A stretch of DNA of 63,990 nt, the filler included, from Octopus bimaculoides (Eukaryota): the NCBI RefSeq assembly GCF_001194135.2. It is 7 parts of 7 records of this genome, joined end to end, with 100 filler letters (N's around TTAATTAATTAA, not from the genome) between each part and the next. Parts side by side here need not be neighbours in the genome. Positions count along the whole stretch, not along the records: positions 28,674 to 40,707 come from NC_068993.1; positions 40,808 to 50,366 come from NC_068987.1; 5 more parts are not named here. The stretch is one strand, 5' to 3'. The notes under the pieces were generated by a model. It saw only the letters and a list, made by a program, of their open reading frames with translations, did not search any database and was not told where the DNA came from. The position numbers were made by a program, and so were the translations under genes. This document shows, piece after piece, positions 37,791 to 49,844 of this stretch. Position 1 is the stretch's first letter; each line of letters starts with the position of its first letter.

Positions 37791-38000
37791 GTAATGATAA
37801 TAATAATAATAATAATAATCCTTTCTACTATAGGCACAAGGCCTGAAACTTTCGGGGAAGGGGATTATTCGATTACATCGACTCAGTGCGTAACTGGTAT
37901 CTTTTTAATCGACCCCGAACGGATGAAAGACAAAGTCGACTTCGGTGGAATTTGAATTTAGAACGTAACGGAAGACGAAATACTGCTAAGCATTTCGCTC
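37128..38000 (-). mobile_element. Head-to-tail cluster of 3-4 SINE C (C2-tail) copies separated by (AGT)n and (AAT)n tails
   Basis: Units begin aatcctttcta..ataggcacaag at about 37153, 37378 and 37817, all in the same orientation. The second unit is split by about 150 bp of unrelated sequence. Confidence 0.8.
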
Positions 38001-38346
38001 GGGAAACACACAGATGCGCACTCAGAGAGCCCTGCGTGTTTTTGTGTGTATGAATGTGTGTCTGTTTGCGTGCGTGTCTGAGTTTGTGTGTATCATTGAG
38101 TGTGTTCATATGAACATCTACTGGTTTTAGTCTCTAGATTGCACCGAAGCTTAGGCTTCCACAGGTTTAGATGAATCTCTGGTGTGCATTTGTTTGTCTG
38201 GTTATTGGTTTATTTATCTCAGGAAACAGGGAAGAGAACGATGGCATCAGTGTGACTTGATTAAATAGGAAGATGATGTGGATGAAGAAAATGATAGCGG
38301 TGATGATGTTGGTGGAAGTTAGTGATGGTTTGGTAGATAGTTATGA

Positions 38347-38350
<4 letters not shown>

Positions 38351-38419
<69 letters not shown>
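38351..38419. repeat. (AG)n microsatellite, representative of dozens of (TA)n, (CA)n, (AG)n and (AAT)n tracts
   Basis: Directly visible in the sequence. Confidence 0.98.
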
Positions 38420-38427
<8 letters not shown>

Positions 38428-39383
38428 CAGAGGGAGAGATTAATAGGATGTGAATAAAATTCTCTTACCTCTATCATTAATGTTCAGCTCTTTCAAATAG
38501 ATAGGCAGGCAGCATTCTCCTGTGTCTCCATTTAAATCACAATACTGAGAATTTGTGTGAGTCGAATATGTTTTTGGCGACTCGTCCCACCCAATTCTAC
38601 GACAAAAAGACTTCCAGAATGAGGTCAGAATATTTGCAGACACTATAAAAGACAGTGAAACACAGTTTTATATTACATATAAAAAATATCTATAGCCGTA
38701 CAGGTAGTCTGGTTGTCATACAGTTATTAAACGCCACACATATACACATACACACATACACACGCACATACACGTTCTCTCTCTGTCCCTGTCTCTCTCT
38801 TTCTCGCTCACTCCCCCCCACACACTCATCCCTCGCTCTATACGGCACACGTTTTTCACTTCACGGTTCTCGTTTTGGTTGATTTATATTTGTGATTTCA
38901 CGTCTACAGAAACATCAGTTAATCATTTTCGTTTCTTTTTTTTTTGTGTTTTTGTTTTTCATTTTCCTGTCATTTTACGTCATCGATATTGAAATAGAGC
39001 GCAACTGATGCTAAGTTAGGATTATTTCTTATATTTCTATATTTTTGAGGTTAAGTAATACGGATTTTCAAATGTAAACAAAATCCAATCATTTGGGAGT
39101 GTAAATTCACAAATTTAGTCAACGTATGAATATTAGAAGTTCTAGCGGTACTGGTGGTGGTGGTGGTGAAGTAGAAGAAAAGGAAGAGGACAAAGAAGAC
39201 GAAGAAAGGCTTCAGAGCTAATCGCTGACTCATCAGTAACTTAAAAACATACATCATGATACGAAGTGACAACATAAATTCAATATTACGACACATGCAC
39301 ACACAAACATTGATAACATACATACATACATACATACATATGACTAATATACCCTTATCAGACTGGTAGTCATGATAGGAATA

Positions 39384-40266
39384 CGAAGGGGTACCCAAAA
39401 GTAACCGGAAACGTTCTCTGTGGGACAAACCCTTTGTAGTTCAGGCTTCCACCACTAGAAGCCACTTGATGCGACCCTCAGGCATTAGTATGCCGACCGT
39501 CGTCGTCGTGTGTAGTCCTACTGCCACGTGGTGTGTTTTGCTTTGCAGTGCTTCTCTGCTGTTCGTCAGTATTTGCGATGGCTGAAACGAAGAAACAGCG
39601 TGCTTCCGTGAAATTCTGTCTTCTGCTGGGGAAAACGGCGACCGAAAGAGTTCTCATGCTTCTAACAGCTTACAAGGACGCTGCCATGAGCAAAATACAA
39701 GTTTACGAGTGGTTTTCACGCTTTAGGAATGGTCACTTGTCGCTTGCCAACCAACCTCGTTCAGGGTGTCCGTCGACTTCCGAAGGAATGAAAATGTCAT
39801 GAAAATTCGTGAACTATCATGGAGGACAGTCACCAAACAGTTGACGAAATTGTTGATATGACTGGTGTGTCTTGGAGCTCGTGACAATTACTTATGAGCG
39901 AGGAACTGCGAATGAAAAGAGTTGCTGCAAAATTTGTGCCTCGCTTGCTCACGGAAGATCAAAAGCAGTTACGACTGAATGTGTGTCGTGAACTGAAAGA
40001 ACAGCTGGAAATTGATCCGGACGTTTTTTCGAAGGTCATCACTGGAGACGAAAGCTAGTGCGACGGAATGTGCAGATGTGAAAGCGGTGGAGAAAAAAAA
40101 CACGACGGAGGCGTTAAAAGGCATCACTTTGAACAGTGGAAAACGCTTCTGGATCGATGCATTGCTTCAAATGGAGAATACTTTGAAGGTGAGAAAAGTG
40201 TAAACATGTAAAACTACGTGAATAAAACAATATTGCAAAATTCCGGTTTCTTTTGGGTACTTTTCG
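39384..40266 (+). mobile_element. Internally deleted mariner element with both TIRs and a TA TSD
   Basis: TIR cgaaggggtacccaaaagtaaccggaa / ttccggtttcttttgggtacttttcg, with TA at 39382-39383 and 40267-40268. Transposase remnant: KQRASVKFCLLLGKTATE...VYEWFSRFRNG..QPRSGCPSTS...KRVAAKFVPRLLTEDQK...VITGDES*, then a jump to a C-terminal ...IASNGEYFEG. Confidence 0.92.
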
Positions 40267-41105
40267 TATTGGGCTTCGTATAACTGTACGTCAGTGTCAC
40301 TTTGTTGGCGCATGCTGCTCTCTCTCATACATACATACATACATACATACAGGCGATCAGCTACGAGTCGCATTTTTGGCGTGAGGGACTATTTATTGAG
40401 AATACGATGAATATTATCCCTGACATTGAAGCCACAAATATCAACCTTGCTAAATAACTGGCTAATCTCCGGGTACATCGACTGAAGAAGCCTTGGCACT
40501 ATCATGCTATTAGCTGTCAGAAATGAAAGTGCTCACTGCTAGTGAAGTGTCTGCCTGTCTGCCTGCCTGTTGCTGGCCTGTCGATTCTTTGGCTACTGAC
40601 AGCTAATACCATGACTGGCCAGAGCGAGCTATATGTCTGTCTGTCTGTCTCTCTATCTATCTATCTATTACTCGAAAGTTCGCGCGTCCGCGCTAGCTAG
40701 TCGTGAGNNNNNNNNNNNNNNNNNNNNNNNNNNNNNNNNNNNNNNNNNNNNTTAATTAATTAANNNNNNNNNNNNNNNNNNNNNNNNNNNNNNNNNNNNN
40801 NNNNNNNTATATATATATATATTTATATATAAACACATGCAGATATAGCAGATATACATATATCATGTATATATCCATCAAGTAACGAATTCTCAGCCAC
40901 ATCCAAACCCACACCACACCCATACACACTCATAAAAAACACATACAGATATACATAAATGGTCACAATATATATATAAAATATACACAGAACGTAATTG
41001 TAATATATAAAGATATATTTGCATAATATATATTTCAAAAATACATATTCAGATATTTATAATATAAAAATATCCATGTGTATATGTATATATAAGTATA
41101 TGCTT

Positions 41106-41183
<78 letters not shown>

Positions 41184-41354
41184 NNNNNNNNNNNNNNNNN
41201 NNNNNNNNNNNNNNNNNNNNNNNNNNNNNNNNNNNNNNNNNNNNNNNNNNNNNNNNNNNNNNNNNNNNNNNNNNNNNNNNNNNNNNNNNNNNNNNNNNNN
41301 NNNNNNNNNNNNNNNNNNNNNNNNNNNNNNNNNNNNNNNNNNNNNNNNNNNNNN

Positions 41355-41395
<41 letters not shown>

Positions 41396-41397
41396 CA

Positions 41398-42230
41398 CTA
41401 GCAGCTAAACCCGGTTTCACCCGGCCTGTTTGCATGATGTGGCCATGATCGCTTTCTTTTAGGCATAATCTGTAACAGCGTTTCTCAACCTTATCATTTC
41501 GGCTCCCCTGTTCCGATTTGAGTCTCTAGCTGTATGAAGTTTTCATCGTCCCTCTGTCAGAAAATGGCTTCAGGAGTTGTGAAGAAAGAATTTGTACGTA
41601 GTCTGTTTCTGAGAGCTATTCTATTGGACGTCTGTATAATCATTTAAACATTTATTTAATTTTGAACATAGAAAGAAATTATACATTAATCCCCATTCTT
41701 GTAAGCAGTTGTATCCGTAAAAAGATATATGAAATGGACGTGCGTGTGTGTGTGTATGTGAGAGAGAAAGAGGGTAAGAAAGAGAGAGAGAGAGAGAGTG
41801 AATGAGTGAAGTTGTGTTTCATTGACTTACGCTGGCTGGCACGGCAAGTACGAAGTTTTTACGGCAGCAGATGACTGGGGTGATTTGGAAGATGAAGAAA
41901 TGTCGTCTTTTCAGTGGAGCCCTTCTTTGTAGGCAACGTTTCTCGTTTTCCCTTCTGATGCAGAAATGTATAGACTGTGGCCTGCCAACACGGGAGCATC
42001 GAACGTAATGTTAATCGTGGGAGAACACTTGTTCTTTGAGATTTAAACCATTTGCAATGATTGACCCTGTGCCTTATTTATTACCATTGCAAATGTGAGT
42101 TTGAGAGGAAATTGAAGCCGCTTAAACTTGTAGATCGTATCGGAGGGAGGGAGGGACATTGAAGTTATAAGAACATCTTGACCAGTGGCCGGTCCATTCA
42201 TGATGGTTGCCTGTAGAACACAGGTGTATA
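41398..42230 (-). mobile_element. 3' end of a Helitron: PIF1-like helicase C-terminus, 3' UTR and hairpin-CTAG terminus
   Basis: VLQATIMNGPATGQDVLI..SLPPSDTIYKFKRLQFPLKLTFAMVINKAQGQSL, frameshift to GLNLKEQVFSHD*HYVRCSRVG, frameshift to SLYISASEGKTRNVAYKEGLH* (stop at 41911-41913). On the minus strand, ccgg-gtgaaa-ccgg lies 9 nt before CTAG (41398-41401), followed by T. Confidence 0.85.
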
Positions 42231-42247
42231 AATTTTGATTATCATGC

Positions 42248-42305
42248 GGAACTTTCCAGGAATCCTCGGAACTTTCTAGGAAGACCTTGGAAATTTCCAT
42301 GAATC
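42248..42305. repeat. 20-21-bp minisatellite running into a 515-N gap
   Basis: ggaactttccaggaatcctc / ggaactttctaggaagacctt / ggaaatttccatgaatc. Confidence 0.7.
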
Positions 42306-43709
42306 NNNNNNNNNNNNNNNNNNNNNNNNNNNNNNNNNNNNNNNNNNNNNNNNNNNNNNNNNNNNNNNNNNNNNNNNNNNNNNNNNNNNNNNNNNNNNNN
42401 NNNNNNNNNNNNNNNNNNNNNNNNNNNNNNNNNNNNNNNNNNNNNNNNNNNNNNNNNNNNNNNNNNNNNNNNNNNNNNNNNNNNNNNNNNNNNNNNNNNN
42501 NNNNNNNNNNNNNNNNNNNNNNNNNNNNNNNNNNNNNNNNNNNNNNNNNNNNNNNNNNNNNNNNNNNNNNNNNNNNNNNNNNNNNNNNNNNNNNNNNNNN
42601 NNNNNNNNNNNNNNNNNNNNNNNNNNNNNNNNNNNNNNNNNNNNNNNNNNNNNNNNNNNNNNNNNNNNNNNNNNNNNNNNNNNNNNNNNNNNNNNNNNNN
42701 NNNNNNNNNNNNNNNNNNNNNNNNNNNNNNNNNNNNNNNNNNNNNNNNNNNNNNNNNNNNNNNNNNNNNNNNNNNNNNNNNNNNNNNNNNNNNNNNNNNN
42801 NNNNNNNNNNNNNNNNNNNNATATTCTATTTTTTTACTCCTTTCAATTATTAGTTTGAAGCCATGTTGGGGCGCCACTATGAGGGATTTAATTGAAAAAA
42901 ATTGACTCTAAGCCTCATTTTATAGGTCTAGTACTTATTCTATCCGTCTATTTGGCCGATAATGTGTAGACTGAAAGGGGGATTATATTGGAAAATATAC
43001 CTCATTTGGCCACATTTTGGTAATATTCCTTGGTCAACCTACAAACATTTCAGCTGACATCGTATGTCAGCTGACACCCCCCCCACACACACGCACGCAC
43101 ACACACATGTGTATATGTTTATATATAACCTTTTTCGCTTTCAACGTCTTCATCAGTCGACTGAAATTATAGTGAGGGACACTCGCACATAAACGTATGC
43201 ATATTTACATACATATGTACAGAGGCTCACCAACAAAGTAGCGCACACGCATACACACACATATACACACATACGCGCGCACACAAACCATTGCTCTTGA
43301 TACTTATCGTGTGCTTTTCTCAATTTTTGTTTTTAGCTATTTGCGTCTGTGTTTTTTCTGGTATTTCACAGCAGCAAGAAATAAAAACCTCAGAAACTCA
43401 ATTTCATTTTACAGATTAAGGCAAAGTGATGAAGAAGACATTTAGGCGCCATATTTATCTCTGTTTACGAAATTATAACTTACCCAAGAGTATTTCAGGT
43501 ATAAAGATATATTTTCACTGAAATGTGGAATATTATGATGAAAGAAACAATGGTAATTTTTTGAGTAAATATTCCAACGAACATTCTGCAACCATAATTC
43601 TACCATTAGAATCACGTACAAAACATACATGCATATATAAATACATATACACATACATGCAAACAAACGTACGCACACACAAACACACACACATACACGC
43701 ACATATAGC

Positions 43710-43774
<65 letters not shown>

Positions 43775-44247
43775 TTACATGTTTATATATCGGCATGTAT
43801 GCATATATGTACACATTCACACACATATATGTGTGTTCATTACACTGAAGCTTCTGTTCCCTTTTAGATTTTCCAGCTAAATCCAACGTCCCATGGGTGA
43901 AGTTTAAATAGTGGAACTATACGTTTCGATTTTTCATAAAACGTGCTTATAGATTAATGGAAAAAAACAAAAAAAACGGAAAAACCTAGATAAGAAATTC
44001 CGCCCATCGCTGTGTCTATTTTGTGCAATAAAAGAAAGACTGTTTCTGAATTTCAGAACTGTCCTTTATTTATATGTATTTCATCGTCTTTTATATATTT
44101 AAAAAAAATCTCTATTATTTACCTTTTATTTCTTTTACATCCTGGCTGCCATTTATAACTCATCATCAATAACAATTTCCATTTTACATTAACCATATCC
44201 AGAAACGTAAGTGTGTGTGTGTTTGTGTGTGCATATATGTGTGTATG

Positions 44248-44346
<99 letters not shown>

Positions 44347-45684
44347 GTGTGTGTGTGTATGCATACTACATATATAATACTTCTCTCCACACAGATATAG
44401 ATAAATAGATAAATGATATAAGTGTGTGTGTGTGTGTGTACATATATTAATACACTGCATACCGACAATGTATCACAAACATTCGCACACACTGTTTACG
44501 TGATTGCATAAGTAGAGTGACATCTACGAAACTCCCCTGATGCTGGTATCAAATCGAAGTTGAGGTCTTTAAGCGACGGTGGTTCATGTGTGTTTGTCTT
44601 TTTTCTTTGATTCTCATACAAAATGTCATCTCAGATTATTAAATATTTGTTATCAGTTCAGTCTGAATCTCAAAGTATTAATTAATTCAGGCTCATTAAA
44701 TCTAAACTTCTTTATTATTTTTTTTTAAATCCTGTTCTGTTCATATAAGTGGGGTTATCTTCAATCGCAATATCTCTAAATATTCGTATGAATGTCCAAC
44801 ACACAGCATTGCAATAGGTCACTTAGGTCAAAAAGATGGAAGGAAGCTACGGAATATTCCTTCATTGTAACTTCATCATCGCTAACGAATGCTTGATCAC
44901 ATCGCTGAAGCTGTGATACTGTTTAGGCGCGATAGAAACCAAGGTAGTTCCGAATAAATGAATCAGATCTACCTGTTTATTTGAATATTAGTTGCTCATC
45001 TTTCCAACTGTATCCCACCAATGTGCAAAGCGGTAATCATACAAATTGAGGCACTTTGAAGTGAATATGTGCAAACAGCAAATTCTGGTTTTTGGCAATG
45101 TTTGAAGGAGCCAAATCATTCTGGAGCAAAAATTCTATATCACCAACATAGGACACTTTAAACCATCTCTGGCTACATGATGAATGTCTCTTCAATCCTT
45201 CTCTGTACTCTGTAAAGCGAGTTAGTTACCTCTCATTATTATTTTCCCCTTGATTTCTGGCTGTTTGGCAGCCTTTCTAGCGACTACTTACCCACGTTCG
45301 TCGATTTGTCTTTCATCCTTTCATTGTGTATTTACTAAGTACGAGTTGAGCACTCTGCAAACGATGAAACCTCTGGGATGCTAAACTGAGAGGACCCCAT
45401 CCCCATCTGGAAAGAGCTGGGATCGATACAAATGATTTCTCTCTGTCCCTCAAAACTACAGGCCTTGTACTTACGGAAGAAAGAATTTTTAGTTGTTCTC
45501 CTTTATATGTGTTGTGATATAATATTAAAAAATACGAAAACATAGAATCTAAGATAATCAGATTGAGCCAATAGATTCTTGATATAATTAGGAAAAATAG
45601 AGAAAGACTAAATTTAGAAATCATAGATATCTTTGTTTACAAAGGAATAGAGTCCCCAGATGTATTACTGTTGTATAAATATAA

Positions 45685-45860
45685 TTATTTCAAACTGACA
45701 AATGATACAACGTACGCAAAAATAGGAGTTATTTCAGCTTAGTTTATAATCAAACGATCCTCAATAGTCGACATTCTAGAGATTATAATCTTCGTAGCTG
45801 GCAGACTAACATTATAATCACGTGCACAGTATCATACACTCAATCCAATCATAAACGTAT
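45685..45860 (+). repeat. Direct repeat of about 175 bp, copy 1 (copy 2 at 48291-48460)
   Basis: tatttcaaactgacaaatgataca.cgtacgcaaaaa.aggagttatt...agctggcagactaac.ttataatcacgtgcacagtat occurs at both sites with roughly 90% identity by eye. Confidence 0.9.
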
Positions 45861-45914
45861 ACATGGATCTATATCTATCTATCTATCTACCTATATATAT
45901 ATATATTAAAAGTG

Positions 45915-45951
<37 letters not shown>

Positions 45952-47300
45952 TTATATACGTTACATATATGTACAAGTTTTATATATATATATATATATA
46001 TATANNNNNNNNNNNNNNNNNNNNNNNNNNNNNNNNNNNNNNNNNNNNNNNNNNNNNNNNNNNNNNNNNNNNNNNNNNNNNNNNNNNNNNNNNNNNNNNN
46101 NNNNNNNNNNNNNNNNNNNNNNNNNNNNNNNNNNNNNNNNNNNNNNNNNNNNNNNNNNNNNNNNNNNNNNNNNNNNNNNNNNNNNNNNNNNNNNNNNNNN
46201 NNNNNNNNNNNNNNNNNNNNNNNNNNNNNNNNNNNNNNNNNNNNNNNNNNNNNNNNNNNNNNNNNNNNNNNNNNNNNNNNNNNNNNNNNNNNNNNNNNNN
46301 NNNNNNNNNNNNNNNNNNNNNNNNNNNNNNNNNNNNNNNNNNNNNNNNNNNNNNNNNNNNNNNNNNNNNNNNNNNNNNNNNNNNNNNNNNNNNNNNNNNN
46401 NNNNNNNNNNNNNNNNNNNNNNNNNNNNNNNNNNNNNNNNNNNNNNNNNNNNNNNNNNNNNNNNNNNNNNNNNNNNNNNNNNNNNNNNNNTATATATATA
46501 TATATATATATATACATACATACAAGTAAATTTTCTGCGTTTTTCAGGTTTTAATAATTTGCTTTTCATTTATTTTTCATACTCTCCTTCTCTTATTACT
46601 CACCACTGATAATAGAGCCATTCTTTGATCAGATTTAGTCAGGTTCTATTTATGTTTATATATGTATATGTATATATATATAAGGAGAGAGTGAGGGTGA
46701 AGGGAGGGAAGGAGAGACAGGGTAGAAAGAGAAAGAAAGACAGAGAGCTTGGATGCGAGAGATAGGTAAATCATTCTGCATGGTGTGTTTGTATTTTTAT
46801 ATACGGTTACAATGAAATGCAGATAAAGCCTTATGAGTTCCCTGTTGATCCATTTCATGTCATATATCCCGTATATCTGCGTTTACAAAGTTTTGAGTCA
46901 TTAACTGTGTGACTGGGTGGAAGCGAAGCAAGTCCGCCGAAGTTGAAAAGTGATTCATTGTGCCTATCGCTCGTGTATGTGTTTCTGGACAATTTCCATC
47001 ACATTTTAACCATGGCCATTACATAATCAGCAAATTAGTTTCATACTGTAAAAGCTGTTTGCGTTTGAAATCGTTTTGTGAAGTGTTTGTGCACGTTTCT
47101 GACTAATGTAAACGTTTGTCTACTGTTATCATATTTACTTATGTTAATATCTTAGTCCTCCGAGTCAATAGCACAACCTGAACATTGTAATACACACACA
47201 CTCATTCACACGCACACACTCACACACAAGCACACATACACACGTATAACACACAATCATATACAGATAGGTGTGTATGTATAAACAGATATACATCTAG

Positions 47301-47345
<45 letters not shown>

Positions 47346-47374
47346 TAAACATTGTGAGGGAAGGACACCGGCTG

Positions 47375-47890
47375 TATATATTTTCATTTTGACAACGTTT
47401 GACAAGGCTCATCATGGAATACTTTGTCCGAAGATAAGGGGTCTTGGTATTACAGGAAATCTCAGAGAATGGATCTTAGACTTTCTAGCTGGTAGGAATG
47501 AATCTGTTCTGGTGTTGCAAACTGTTTTCTACCTTCTAAGTTACCTGTGGTAAGTGGTATACCACACGGAACGGTTCTAGGACCATTATTATTTATCATC
47601 ATCCGAGCAGTTATAACCTTACAGATGCATTCGGCTAACCAAATGACTTACGCCGATGACACAAAAATATCGATGGCTATCCAAACTCCAGAAGATGCCA
47701 ACACAGCCTTCGTTATCGATGGGCAGAAGAAAAGATGAAACTTAATACATCAAAATTTCAGCTTCTTCCTTACTGAGGGAACACTTCCAAAGCACAATTT
47801 TCGACACCAGATAGCACAATGATTCAGAACGCTAATGACTTTGGAATAATCATGTCAATGATGCATCTTTCATCAGGCACATCACAGGAC
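47375..47890 (+). mobile_element. Decayed CR1-clade LINE reverse transcriptase fragment
   Basis: FDKAHHGILCPKIRGLGITGNLREWILDFLAGR..., PVVSGIPHGTVLGPLLFII, TYADDTKI and MKLNTSKFQLL. These are the RT motifs FD.V.H, SG.PQG.VLGPLLF and YADD. Confidence 0.85.
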
Positions 47891-48085
47891 TAACCCCCAA
47901 ATGCAGTTGCCTTTTAGGATCGATCTCATGAACCATCGTGCTAACTTTATGGAAGACCTCACTTCTGAGCAGTGCTTACAGCTTTTGTCTACAAGGAACG
48001 TTCACCAGGAATTCATTTCAGTTAAAACCCTTCGTCACCACACTCTTGAACGTCAAAGAAGGAGAGAGAGTAAGAGAGAGAGAGA

Positions 48086-48119
<34 letters not shown>

Positions 48120-48129
48120 NNNNNNNNNN

Positions 48130-48175
<46 letters not shown>

Positions 48176-48290
48176 GATACTGTCATATGTTAATTGCTGG
48201 CAGGGACACCGTATTTCGTTATGTAACCATAATATACTACAAAGTATACTAAAAGCTTATAAGTCAATACTCTTCCTGTGTTAGCAGTGC

Positions 48291-48460
48291 TATTATTTCA
48301 AACTGACAAATGATACAGCGTACGCAAAAACAGGAGTTATTGCAGCTCAGCTTATAATCGAACGATCCTCAATAGTCAACATTCTAGAGATTATAATCTT
48401 CGTAGCTGGCAGACTAACGTTATAATCACGTGCACAGTATAAATACACCTAATCCAATCC
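48291..48460 (+). repeat. Direct repeat of about 175 bp, copy 2
   Basis: See 45685-45860. Confidence 0.9.
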
Positions 48461-48877
48461 TAAGTATATAAATCATAAACATATAAATCATTTTTTAAAA
48501 TTGCCTCTACAGATTTTTTTATAGTAATTTGAGCCAGCACTTGTTAAGATGTTTCGTATGCGAATACGTCCATGTAAACTATGCAATGGAATATAGAAAA
48601 CGAGGTAAAATAGTATATTTGGAAGTTGATATTATCTACCAGTTTCTGCATTGAAATTTTCCTTAAGTTCGGAACATGCCCCTCCAGGATTACCATACGT
48701 ATAGAATAGTCATATTTTAAAGTTATCGCTACATGTTTCCTATAGAAATTATAGCCTCACCAATTTGTTACGATGCTTCGTAGACAAATACGTTCTTGCA
48801 AACAATGCAATCGGAGATAGAAAATAAGCAACGAGTGTATATTCATATTTTAGGAATTCTTGATTCTTCATCAGTAC

Positions 48878-49137
48878 CATATCCAATCCATCTACCACTC
48901 ATGAATACATTGCTTGAATAGCGGTGTAACAGAGTTGGGTGCACCAGTTTTACATATACATGGTACTATATCATGGTTGCATAACAAAATGTGGTGTCCT
49001 TACCAGCAATTACTATGTACATACCAGTTGCCAGGAATGTGTTTATCACGTAAAATTAGATTATCCAATTCTGTTACACCTGAAAATATGGTGGTTATTC
49101 AAGCAATGAATTCGTGAATAGTTAATGGGTTGAAATG
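48878..49137. repeat. Decayed fold-back (MITE-like) inverted repeat
   Basis: tcatgaatacattgcttgaatagc-ggtgtaacagagttgg pairs with ccaattctgttacacc-(13 nt)-gttattcaagcaatgaattcgtga, with arms of about 75 bp. Confidence 0.6.
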
Positions 49138-49718
49138 TACATATACACACATTACTTATTTGTTCTACCTTCGATTGCATTGTTTACATCATATACAATT
49201 ACGCCGCAATCCCAAAGACTGAAACCATTAAACGAATAAAAGAATGGTGTTTGATCAACGATTAATCATGGCCTCAAGTTCATTTACGAGAGACGTCTTC
49301 AATATGGATATAAAAGCTTCTGTTTTATCATGCCAGCTACAGCCTGATGATATTAACTGGCAGTAACAGTTTTTTGGGGGGTTGTACCGAGCTGTGCCGA
49401 TATATTGTAGGATACAAATAGTAACATATAGTAATAATAATAATAATCCATGGATGGAATTTTTAGATATTTTGATGCATCGTTACACACGTTTCCACTA
49501 ATCACATGTTTCTGAAGATTACAGTATGTATTCCTGGAATGATTAGAAAATGGTACAGTGGGCAGTATTCATGGATACTGAGTGGATCATAGTCATGTGT
49601 TCATTTCAACTGTACCGTAATCATCTCAGGAATACGGACTGCCATCTTAAGAAATATGTGATTTGTGGAAATGCGCGTAGCGATGCATTAACAAATTTAT
49701 ATATTCCATAACATGGAT

Positions 49719-49780
<62 letters not shown>
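49719..49780. repeat. (TAC)n microsatellite
   Basis: Directly visible in the sequence. Confidence 0.97.
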
Positions 49781-49844
49781 TATATATGCGTGTATGTGCA
49801 TGTACGTGTTTGTGTGTGCATGTATATATATATATGTATGTATG

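Noticed and set aside
37128-38000. CRISPR-like repeat-spacer appearance
   Set aside because: The repeats are SINE copies of about 200 bp with microsatellite tails in a eukaryotic genome. There are no short constant repeats, unique spacers or cas genes.
43086-43170. CTGATGA...GAAA on the minus strand near 43150; similar partial cores near 39230 and 53706
   Set aside because: The stems required for a hammerhead ribozyme are not present.
2916-46609. Long ORFs in the track (e.g. 33876-35120, 35503-36486, 16712-17467, 45863-46609)
   Set aside because: They consist of N gaps and (TA)n or (CA)n microsatellites that lack stop codons, so they have no coding signal.
48850-49075. Two-exon minus-strand peptide GVTELDNLILRDKHIPGN-CNVFMSGRWIGYGTDEE
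   Set aside because: Both segments lie in the arms of the fold-back repeat, the acceptor is weak and no family is recognisable.
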